The position numbers were made by a program, and so were the translations under genes. A stretch of 63,044 nt of DNA, filler included, from Candidatus Fermentibacterota bacterium (GTDB lineage: Bacteria; JAFGKV01): assembly GCA_016928395.1 (NCBI GenBank). It is 10 parts of 10 records of this genome, joined end to end, with 100 filler letters (N's around TTAATTAATTAA, not from the genome) between each part and the next. Parts side by side here need not be neighbours in the genome. Positions count along the whole stretch, not along the records: positions 16,653 to 22,209 come from JAFGKV010000248.1; positions 22,310 to 38,261 come from JAFGKV010000005.1; 8 more parts are not named here. One strand, written 5' to 3'. Below the pieces are notes generated by a model. The model made no database searches. It had not been told where the DNA came from and saw nothing but the letters and a program-made list of their open reading frames with translations. Shown here piece by piece: positions 16,840-25,437 of this stretch. How positions within the stretch are numbered: position 1 is the stretch's first letter; every line of letters begins with the position of its first letter.

Positions 16840-16959
16840 TAACGGCGTCCTGGGGTCAAATCTTTAATCTGTAATCTTCGCGCGAGAGGTCCCCTGGTTC
16901 CGGTCATTGGGGCCAGCTCGGCGCCGTGCCCCTGCTCCCCGCCGGGTCACATTCACCGG

Positions 16960-17200
16960 CGCACGGGACGTAGATGACAGTAGGACTTTCGGAGGCGCCC
17001 GTCACCTGACGCACGGGAAGCGCCGGATAATCGGCAAGGCGGAACCCGCAGGAAGTGTCGTACGGTGAAGGAGTAGCGAGCCACCTGTCTGCCGCCTGCC
17101 TGTGCGTGGCTGCACGCAGACAGGTGCCGGCACAGGCAGGCACCGACCGCGCGTCACGCGGCGGGGGCAGCAATGCCCTGGCTGAAGCGTTGACCTGGCA
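16960..17200 (+). ncRNA. Possible degenerate group II intron 5' (domain I) remnant
   Basis: TACGGTGAAGGAGTAGCGAGCCA|CACCGAC...GAAGCGTTGAC resembles sequence I recall from bacterial group II introns; no RT gene in the contig; boundaries approximate. Confidence 0.35.
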
Positions 17201-17382
17201 CGTGGCCATGGTCTGGCGTTCCCGGCGGCTCCGGGGGTTGGGCAAGACGCGGTTGCAGAACTGGCTCATCGGGGTGGCCTGCCCAACCCCGAATTCGCCG
17301 GGAACGCCAGACCCGCGGGTGAGCCACGCAGGTGACTGGGATCGCGAAGGTGTGCGCTCTCCCACGGCTCTGCGCGCGGGGC

Positions 17383-17446
17383 TTGACAGAATGGTGCGGA
17401 CTGTGTATAGTCACGGCAAAGTACTTTTTCTTACGAAGTACTTCGT
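17383..17446 (+). promoter_or_regulatory. Sigma70 promoter with downstream operator
   Basis: TTGACA-17bp-TATAGT with extended -10 TG; AAGTACTT palindromes at 17419 and 17436 (14-bp palindrome ACGAAGTACTTCGT at 17433-17446). Confidence 0.75.
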
Positions 17447-17476
17447 GATACACCTCAAGCCTCGCAGGAGGTCCCC

Positions 17477-18118
17477 ATGTCAAGACAACTCAGCCTACAA
17501 GAGGCCGAGCGCAGAGCCTTCACGACAGCCTACGAAGATGGGCTGTGGGATGTGCTACTAGGATGTTTCCTGCTGCTGTTTGCCGTCGCCCCTCCACTCA
17601 GCCGCAGCCTGGGCGATTTCTGGAGTTCGGCCGTGTTCCTTCCCTTCTGGGGACTCGTCTATGCGCTCATCAGGTGGCTCAGGACGAACATGGTCGCTCC
17701 CCGGATCGGGACCGTGCGATTCGGCCGTGCGCGTCGAACGAGGCTGGCTCTGTTCAGTCGAGCTATGCTTGTCATCAACCTGGCGGCACTGATTCTCGGC
17801 CTTCTGGTCGCGACAGGCGTCGGCAGAGTCCCTGGCTCGGTGATCCCCATTCTGTTCGGCTTGCTCCTGCTCATTGGCTTCAACCTGGCGGCGGTGCTCC
17901 TGGGGATCAGCCGGCTGCACCTCTATGGCCTGCTGGTCGGCCTCTCGCCTCTGGTTGGCGAGTGGCTCTACACCCATCGCAGTGCGACTCACCACGGCTT
18001 CCCGGTCACCTTCGGGACCTCGGCCGCAGTGGCGATCATCATCGGCGTGGGTATCTTCATCAGAGTCCTGCGGAGCCAACCCATTTCCGAGTGCGGAACC
18101 TCATCTGAGGACACCTGA
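17477..18118 (+). CDS. Multi-pass membrane protein
   Basis: AGGAGG RBS; ~6 hydrophobic segments; YEDGLWD and PRIGTVRF motifs. Confidence 0.8.
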   Translation: MSRQLSLQEAERRAFTTAYEDGLWDVLLGCFLLLFAVAPPLSRSLGDFWSSAVFLPFWGLVYALIRWLRTNMVAPRIGTVRFGRARRTRLALFSRAMLVINLAALILGLLVATGVGRVPGSVIPILFGLLLLIGFNLAAVLLGISRLHLYGLLVGLSPLVGEWLYTHRSATHHGFPVTFGTSAAVAIIIGVGIFIRVLRSQPISECGTSSEDT

Positions 18119-18119
18119 G

Positions 18120-18440
18120 ATGGAAAGCCCCGGTGTGGGTCGCCACCCCCTTGCCGACGTCGACCAGGTCATTCACGCCCCGGCACGGCTCATGGTGCTC
18201 ACCTATCTCTACGTCGTGGAGAGTGCCGACTATGTCTTCCTGTCCCGCATGACTGGGCTGACCTGGGGCAACCTGGCAACGCACCTGGCCAAGCTGGAGA
18301 AGGCCGGGTACGTTGCCATCACCAAAGGATTCAAAGGCAAGAAGCCTCACAGCACGGTGAGCCTGACGATGCAAGGCAGAGCCGCGTTCTGCGAGTATAG
18401 GAGAAACATGCAGAGCGTGCTGGGCGACTTGCCTGAATAG
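18120..18440 (+). CDS. Winged-helix transcriptional regulator (HTH_34/MarR-like)
   Basis: DQVIHAPARL...TGLTWGNLATHLAKLEKAGYV...KGFKGKKP...GRAAF. Confidence 0.85.
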   Translation: MESPGVGRHPLADVDQVIHAPARLMVLTYLYVVESADYVFLSRMTGLTWGNLATHLAKLEKAGYVAITKGFKGKKPHSTVSLTMQGRAAFCEYRRNMQSVLGDLPE

Positions 18441-19070
18441 GCTGAAGGAGCGCTCCATGCGGTGTGAACGGGCGCGTGCACCCTCTGTCGGCCGGATGAC
18501 GGAGACTCGGAGCCGGTTCTGTCGAGTCTCGACGCATCCACTGATCCCACGGAGCTGCCTGGGGTCAGAGTACCAGGAGAAAGCCTCTCGATTGCGGAAG
18601 GGGGAGTACGGAACGCGGAGTGCGGAAGGCAGGATTGACGGCTGGCAACCGTCGACTGATCATTGAAGGCGGCATCCTCCCGTTCCGGTGTGCGCCGGTT
18701 TTCGAATTCTTTCCTGGTCAGGACTTCCGGGCTCGCCGCGAGACGTCTTCGAGTTCTGACGACGTCGGTGGCGGACCCTCTCCGTGTGCGGGGTGCACAT
18801 GGTTCGGGCACGGAACAGCCGCGGACGCGAGGAATCGCGCCCCTCCATAGTGCGGATGGCGTTCGCGGTTGACACCGCTCCTACCCGTGGGGCGAACTCC
18901 GGCCATTCCATACTTCCAGTCGCCAAGTTGCGAGGAATCGCAGGCACCGATTCCGAATTTGCCGAACGAGAATCTGCGCTGTGGAGCGGGCACGTAGCCG
19001 CTGTGCGGCAAGCTCTCTGCTTTCTGCTATCAGCTCTCTGCCAGCCGACTGCCGCCTGCCGCTTCGCTCG

Positions 19071-19139
19071 CAGGGTTCAGGGTTCAGTGCGGCCTCTGAG
19101 GACGCCGGGCTCCCTCAGAATTCTCATGGTTGAGAGTAC
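19071..19139. repeat. Dispersed repeat with GGGTTCA heptamers; inverted copy at ~38368-38447
   Basis: CAGGGTTCAGGGTTCAGTGCGGCCTCTGAGGACGCCGGGCTCCCTCAGAATTCTCA matches the reverse complement at the start of contig 7; partial copies at ~21414 and ~43206. Confidence 0.85.
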
Positions 19140-19380
19140 GGCGCACTGAGCGGGAGGGCACAGGTCCCTCCCCTACAGAGACGCCCACGGCGCCGTTGCC
19201 TCATAGGAGCGGCCCGCCTGCGGTAGGCAGGCTTCAGCCGCGACACGCCACCCCTGTCGGGCCTGAAGGCCCTCCTACACTGCCCATGCACGCCACTATT
19301 CGCCCGCGGGGGGTGGCGTTCGGTATCGCTATCGTGGTCGCACTCGTAGTCAGAATCGACGAGCGGCATCCGGCATCATG

Positions 19381-19497
19381 CGCCCTCACCCTCACCCTCA
19401 GCCTCTCCCCCGGTAGAGGGAATGGTCCGTGCACCCACGGAGCGGAGCCGAACAGCACCCCTTCTCCCCGCGTGGGAGAAGGCGGGGGATGAGGGCG
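19381..19497. repeat. CCCTCACCC...CTCTCCC / GGGAGARGG...GGATGAGGG palindromic repeat; related copy at 47580-47617
   Basis: Complementary arms visible directly in the sequence. Confidence 0.6.
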
Positions 19498-20091
19498 ATG
19501 CGTGCCGCGTGAAGTGAAGGTACAGCTTGGTTCGGGGCCGGACTGCCTACTGCCGCTCCTCCTCACTCCTCACTCCTATCTGATCTTGAGCCTTTGAGGT
19601 GAACGTGTGCCTGGCCGCTTCGCTCTTGACTTCCCTCCGCTCCTCCCCTACCCTCTGCTTTCTCAATGGTGACGGCCTATGCCGCCTAGCGTCCAGCCCC
19701 TACGCCTGCAGGGGGTCCCTTGCATTCGCTCTGCGTTGCTCTTCCGCACCTCCATCCTGGCCGGCGATCCTCTTGTCGTGACCACTATTCTAGGCTTAGA
19801 ATAGCTCCTCTCGTGCCGAATTCAACCGCCGCAAGTCTTCGTTTTTATGACGTCCCCCGGCATCTCACGCACCCCTTGTTCCCCTCTATGCCACAGGCCC
19901 TGACTGTAGTCGAGGGGGGTGAAACACCCTTCCTCCGCGGTCTCTGTGGTGAGGATTCCTTTGCGTTCTTTGCGTGAGGATTCCGGTTCGAATTCAGTGC
20001 TTCGGATTACCCGCGGGGCGGGCCGACTTCGAACGTCTCAGTTCATCTGTGAACTCACAACCGCTCGCGATGCGGGCATCGGGAGAAAACC

Positions 20092-21207
20092 ATGAATGAT
20101 CCAAGGCTGAGCAAACTGGCCCAAGTTCTCGTGCACTACTCAACGAAGGTGAAGAAAGGCGACTTCGTGCTGGTCAGCGGCGACGAAGTGACGATTCCCC
20201 TGCTGTGCGAAGTGACCCGCGAGGCCATCGCAGCCGGCGGCCACGTCGAGACGCTGATCAGCTCCCAGGAGATCGGCGAAGTCAGGCTGAAGCACTCCAC
20301 GGAAGAGCAACTCATAGAGAGCAGCCTCATCATGGAGACCGTGCTGGCCAAGGCTGATGCGTGGATCTCCGCCTGGGGCTCTCTCAACACCCGGATGAGC
20401 TCAAATGTGCCCGCCGATCGAATCAAGCTGGCAGCCCAGGGAGCGACTCCGTGGCGGCGCATCTACTCCGATCGCACGGCCAGTGGTGCGTTACGGTGGT
20501 GCGGCACCCAGTTCCCGACCCATGCCGACGCCCAGGAAGCGTCCATGAGCCTGGCCGACTATGAAGACTTTGTCTTCGGTGCCGGACTGCTGGATGCGGA
20601 GGATCCCATCGGCCAGTGGCAGAGCGTACACGCCGAGCAGGAGCAGTGGATCCAGTTCCTGAACAGGGTAAAGGAGCTGCACATCAAGGCCGATGGCACC
20701 GATCTTCGCGTGTCGGTGGGGGGTAGGCGATGGATCAACTGCGACGGGTCCATGAATTTCCCCGACGGTGAGGTTTTCACGTCACCGGTCGACGACGCCA
20801 TCGACGGCCACATCACCTTCAGCTTCCCTGGAATCTACGCCGGAAAGGAGATCGAGGGGATTCGCCTCAGAGTCGCTGCCGGCCGTGTGGTCGAGGCCAC
20901 GGCAACCAAAGGCGAAGACCTCCTCCAAGCCCTACTGGCCACCGACGACGGTGCCTCCCGGTTCGGGGAGGTCGCCATCGGCACCAATTACCAAATCACC
21001 AAGTTTACCCGGAACATGCTCTTCGATGAGAAGATTGGCGGCACGGTGCACTTAGCCATCGGCGACTCTATGGGAGAAGCCGGCGGCATCAACAAGTCCG
21101 CCATTCACTGGGACATGTTGTGCGACATGCGCAACGGCGGCACTGTGTCGGCCGACGGCCGGGTCTTCTACCGGGATGGGCGATTCCTTCCCGAGGTGCT
21201 GAGCTAG
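20092..21207 (+). CDS. M29 family aminopeptidase (AmpS/AmpT-like)
   Basis: NFPDGEVFTSP, FGEVAIG, LFDEKIGGTVHLAIG, NKSAIHWDM. Confidence 0.93.
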   Translation: MNDPRLSKLAQVLVHYSTKVKKGDFVLVSGDEVTIPLLCEVTREAIAAGGHVETLISSQEIGEVRLKHSTEEQLIESSLIMETVLAKADAWISAWGSLNTRMSSNVPADRIKLAAQGATPWRRIYSDRTASGALRWCGTQFPTHADAQEASMSLADYEDFVFGAGLLDAEDPIGQWQSVHAEQEQWIQFLNRVKELHIKADGTDLRVSVGGRRWINCDGSMNFPDGEVFTSPVDDAIDGHITFSFPGIYAGKEIEGIRLRVAAGRVVEATATKGEDLLQALLATDDGASRFGEVAIGTNYQITKFTRNMLFDEKIGGTVHLAIGDSMGEAGGINKSAIHWDMLCDMRNGGTVSADGRVFYRDGRFLPEVLS

Positions 21208-21533
21208 CTCCCCCGCGTTGGCACGTGTCCGCAGTCACGACCCCGCGGACTGAGGCCGTCTGACGGCGGGAACGGAGACAATCCCTGCTCACTGGATCCA
21301 AGACTACTGCGAGGCAAGGGCCCGGGCAGCAAATCCAGAAAGGCACAATTCGGAGAAGAAATGACGAACCGTGGAGGTACAGGAGTCGAAGGGTGAAGTG
21401 AACCGAAGACACAGGCCCGCCTGAACCCTGCACCCTGCACTCTGTTCGAAGGGTGGTTTCGCCACGGGTTCAGGCACCCTGCGGTGTCGACGAATGAGCG
21501 TCGACACGGCGATCCACAACAGGAGGTTCGCCC

Positions 21534-22209
21534 ATGTGGAGGATTTCGCATACATGGTCGTTGATGCGTGCGTCGTGGGACGTGCTGCGCAATGATAAGG
21601 AATTGCTGGTGTTTCCCCTGCTTTCGGGCATTGCCTCGGCGATGGTCATGGCCATGTTTGCCCTTCCGATCTACCGGGGATTCTCAGACACGACCGCTCC
21701 CGAACAGCTCACCCTCGATCAGATCCTCCTGCTGTTCGCCTTCTACTTCTGCACGTACTTCGTCATGTCGTTTTTCAATGCCGCGATAGTCGCGGCGGCG
21801 CTCATCCGTATCCGCGGAGGCGACCCGACCGTGGCTGATGGATTCCGCGCATCGTGGTCGAGACTGGTGCTGATCGCCGAATGGGCTCTGGTCGCGGCCA
21901 CGGTGGGAACCATCCTGCGGCTCATCGAGGGAAAATCAAGGAGACTCGGCCGTTTCGTGAGCGGCCTCCTGGGCACGGCGTGGTCGGTGGGCACCTTCCT
22001 GGTCGTGCCCATTCTGGTCGTCGAGGGCATTGACCCCATCGGGGCGGTAAGGGAATCGGTTCGTCTGCTCAAGAAGACCTGGGGCCAACAGCTCGTCGGG
22101 AGCTTCAGTTTCGGACTGGTTGGGTTCCTGTTGAGCATACCGGGGATCCTCCTCATCTTCATGGGCGTCACATCGTCGTCGGGTACGCGGGCGTACGGCC
22201 TGACGCTAG
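21534..22209 (+). CDS. DUF6159-like membrane protein (3' truncated)
   Basis: SWDVLRNDKELLVFP, FFNAA, ESVRLLKKTWG; AGGAGG RBS. Confidence 0.75.
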
Positions 22210-22309
22210 NNNNNNNNNNNNNNNNNNNNNNNNNNNNNNNNNNNNNNNNNNNNTTAATTAATTAANNNNNNNNNNNNNNNNNNNNNNNNNNNNNNNNNNN
22301 NNNNNNNNN

Positions 22310-22801
22310 GACCTCATTGTCTTCGCCTCCAGTTCCGGTGGCACCCAGGCAGGCCTGGTGGTCGGCGCGCGCGCCTGGAACTTCTCCGGTCAAATCCTGG
22401 GCATCAGCGTGGACAAGGGAGAACGCAGCCCGAAACCCTATGAGCAGGATTTGGCTGAGCTGGCCTCGTCCACGGCCGTGCTGTTGGGCCTGCACGAGCG
22501 GTTCAGCGAGGATGATTTCTGGGTAGACTATGACTACCTCGGCGAAGGTTACGGCGTACTGGGAGAGCGCGAGCGGGAGGCCATACTCCTACTCGCCCGT
22601 ACCGAGGGGCTCCTTCTGGATCCGGTCTACACCGGAAAAGCCATGGGCGGCCTCATCGACATGGTGCGGCGAGGGCTGCTGGGCGGCTCCAAGACCGTGC
22701 TGTTCTGGCATACCGGCGGCGGCCCCGCCTTGTTCGCCTATGCCCGCGAACTTCTCTACGATCCCCTCGGCGATAGGGAGACCGCGTCTGCGGATCTCTG
22801 A
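22310..22801 (+). CDS. D-cysteine desulfhydrase/ACC deaminase family PLP enzyme (5' truncated)
   Basis: SSSGGTQAGL, EGLLLDPVYTGKAMGGL, VLFWHTGG. Confidence 0.9.
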   Translation, partial: DLIVFASSSGGTQAGLVVGARAWNFSGQILGISVDKGERSPKPYEQDLAELASSTAVLLGLHERFSEDDFWVDYDYLGEGYGVLGEREREAILLLARTEGLLLDPVYTGKAMGGLIDMVRRGLLGGSKTVLFWHTGGGPALFAYARELLYDPLGDRETASADL

Positions 22802-22859
22802 GGAGTCGGCCTCAGTACTGTGCAACCCCCGAGAATCCCCAGTCGAAAGGAGTTCCCCC

Positions 22860-24254
22860 ATGACCAGTGCCCATGTCCGACGCCTGATAGCCCTCGTGGC
22901 CCTTCTCGTGGCCAGTGTCCCGCCTCTCGCCTGCGGGCATGGGAAGGCCGCATTTGCAGTGGAACACACACCGATGGCTGACTTTGGCGGCCCACGCCCT
23001 CCCGGGTGGAGCAGGAACCTCGCGATCTATGAGGTGAACCTCAGGCAGTTCACACCTGGGGGAACCTTTCGTGAGTTCGAGGCCCATCTGCCCCGGCTGC
23101 GCGACCTGGGCGTCGGCATCATCTGGCTCATGCCACTACATCCTATCGGCGAACAGAACCGTAAGGGTTCCCTGGGAAGCTACTACTCCGTGAGGGACTA
23201 CCTGGCCGTGAACCCCGAGCACGGCACCATGGATGAGTTCAAACACCTGGTCCGGGCCATTCACGATCACGGCATGTATGTCATCATAGACTGGGTCGCC
23301 AATCACACAGCCTGGGACAATCCCCTGGCCAGAAAGCATCCGGAGTGGTTCACGAGAGACGCACAGGGCCGCTTCGTCCCCCCGGTGGCGGATTGGAGCG
23401 ACGTCATAGATCTAGACTACGGCGTCCCCGAGGTGTGGGACTACATGATCGACGCCCTGCGATTCTGGGTTCGCGAGACCGGCATCGACGGATTCCGATG
23501 CGATGTGGCCGGCATGGTGCCCACGGAATTCTGGATGCGGGCACGGCCTGCGTTGGATGCCATCAAGCCGGTGTTCATGCTGGCGGAGTGGGATACGCCC
23601 CAGATGCACCCGTGGTTTGACATGACCTATGACTGGGAACTGCACCGCACTTTCAACTCGATTGCACGGGGGAAGAAGAACGCCAAGACCATTGCCGCGC
23701 ATGTGATGCGGGACCGTCGCCGCTACCCCCGGGGTGCGTATCGAATGCAGTTCACCTCGAATCACGATGAGAACTCCTGGAACGGTACGGAGTTCGAACG
23801 GTTGGGCGAAGGCGCGGCGGCCTTCGCGGTGCTGGCCTCCACGTTGCCGGATATGCCCTTGATCTACACCGGGCAGGAGGCAGGGCTTGACCGACGGCTG
23901 AAGTTCTTCGAGAAGGATACCATCGAGTGGTCTGAGCATCCGATGGCGGATGTGTACCGTACGCTGCTGCTGTTAAAGCGAGACAATCCCGCGCTGTACA
24001 ACGGCGAAGCCGGTGGAGACTTCGTTCCCGTGAAGACCGATCGCGACAAGTCCGTGGTGGCCTTTGTGCGCAGGAAAGACCCCCACGGCGTGTTCGTCGT
24101 GGCGAACCTCTCATCCAAGCCCTGCACCGTGTGCCCCAAGGGCAAAGCCTTCCAGGGAGACTACCGGGATGCCTTCAGCGGATCGAGGGTCACCTTGGAT
24201 CGCAAGGCAACCTTAGATCTGGGGCCATGGGAGTTCAGGGTCTTTACCCGCTAA
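22860..24254 (+). CDS. GH13 alpha-amylase family lipoprotein
   Basis: IYEVNLRQFT, DWVANHT, IDGFRCDVA, MLAEW, SNHDENSW; lipobox PLAC; GGAG RBS before ATG 22860. Confidence 0.9.
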   Translation: MTSAHVRRLIALVALLVASVPPLACGHGKAAFAVEHTPMADFGGPRPPGWSRNLAIYEVNLRQFTPGGTFREFEAHLPRLRDLGVGIIWLMPLHPIGEQNRKGSLGSYYSVRDYLAVNPEHGTMDEFKHLVRAIHDHGMYVIIDWVANHTAWDNPLARKHPEWFTRDAQGRFVPPVADWSDVIDLDYGVPEVWDYMIDALRFWVRETGIDGFRCDVAGMVPTEFWMRARPALDAIKPVFMLAEWDTPQMHPWFDMTYDWELHRTFNSIARGKKNAKTIAAHVMRDRRRYPRGAYRMQFTSNHDENSWNGTEFERLGEGAAAFAVLASTLPDMPLIYTGQEAGLDRRLKFFEKDTIEWSEHPMADVYRTLLLLKRDNPALYNGEAGGDFVPVKTDRDKSVVAFVRRKDPHGVFVVANLSSKPCTVCPKGKAFQGDYRDAFSGSRVTLDRKATLDLGPWEFRVFTR

Positions 24255-24257
24255 GTA

Positions 24258-25433
24258 CTAAGATCCCTCGAAGGTTCCGCGTCGGGCGATGCCGTCTTCC
24301 ACCATAAATCTACCGCGGCATATGACGTGGCGGATCTGCCAGTCTTCATCGACAAGCACCACGTCGGCATCGGCGCCGGGAATCAGTTCACCCTTGCCTG
24401 AAAGGCCAAAGGCGCGGGCGGGGTTGCGGGTAACGACCGCCAGGGCGGATTCGAACGGCACATGCTCCTGGTCGAGAGCATCTACCATCTCCGTGAAGAT
24501 GCTGCGCGGCTGACCGATCTCCAGCCGCACGAGTGCGCCGCCCTCGTCGAAGAGCGGAAGACTCCCGTTACCGTCGGAACTGAAGGTGAGGCGGTCGAGC
24601 GGGACGCCTGCCTCCAGAAGCAGCGATAGAGCCTTGCTGGGCTTCGTCTCGTCGTCGGGAAAGTAGCGGTACGAGCTGGTAGTGAGGTCGATGCGCCCTC
24701 CGCGCCTGCCGAATTCCTTGGCATCCTCGAAGATCCAGGCATTGCGGTTCATGTGGGTCGGCATGAACTGCCCGATGGGGATGGCACTGATCTCCAGAGC
24801 TCGATAAATCGGCCGCAGAGGATCCTTCACATCGCCCATGTGAAGCTGCACGATGCCGGCCTTGCCCCCCAGCATTCCTCCAACCCGTGCCTTGCTGGCC
24901 AGATCGACGAGCATTTCGGGAGACAGCCATGAGGCCCGGTGATCCGAGATGGCGACTTCACCGACGCCGATAACCTCGTCAATCATCGCCAGATCGCGCC
25001 CAATATCGCCGGTGATGGTGGGGGTCGGCATCTGGTAGGCACCGGTGAGCATCCAGGCCGAGATGCCCTGGGCTCGCAGCGACTTGACCTTCATGAGCAC
25101 GCTGACGGGAGTGCGGGTATACCCGTCGGTCCCCAGGCATCCGATGACCGTGGTGATCCCTCCGGCCAGAAGCTGCGAGACCGTGACTTCCGGCGTCCGG
25201 GTCGAAGGGCCTCCCTCGCCGCCGGCGCCGGCGATATGCACATGACCGTCGATGAGACCGGGGATGGCGCGCAAACCCCGGCAGTCTACCTCACGAACCC
25301 CAACGCCCCGTGCGCTCAGGCTGAGATCGGGGCCGATTGTAAGAATCCTGCTGCCGCCCAGCGCCATGTCGACGGTACCCACCGGCGAGGGAGAGAACAC
25401 CTCGGCGCCGCGGAGTATGCACAGGCCCTGCAT
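24258..25433 (-). CDS. iadA: Beta-aspartyl (isoaspartyl) dipeptidase
   Basis: PGLIDGHVHIAGAGGEGG...TRTPE, GCLGTDG, GEVAISDHR, PTHMNRN, SSDGNGSLP. Confidence 0.93.
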   Translation of the reverse strand: MQGLCILRGAEVFSPSPVGTVDMALGGSRILTIGPDLSLSARGVGVREVDCRGLRAIPGLIDGHVHIAGAGGEGGPSTRTPEVTVSQLLAGGITTVIGCLGTDGYTRTPVSVLMKVKSLRAQGISAWMLTGAYQMPTPTITGDIGRDLAMIDEVIGVGEVAISDHRASWLSPEMLVDLASKARVGGMLGGKAGIVQLHMGDVKDPLRPIYRALEISAIPIGQFMPTHMNRNAWIFEDAKEFGRRGGRIDLTTSSYRYFPDDETKPSKALSLLLEAGVPLDRLTFSSDGNGSLPLFDEGGALVRLEIGQPRSIFTEMVDALDQEHVPFESALAVVTRNPARAFGLSGKGELIPGADADVVLVDEDWQIRHVICRGRFMVEDGIARRGTFEGS

Positions 25434-25437
25434 GGCG

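Noticed and set aside
18441-20091. Coding genes in the 1.6-kb gap before the aminopeptidase
   Set aside because: The ORFs translate repeat mosaics with low-complexity sequence and have no RBS or domain support.
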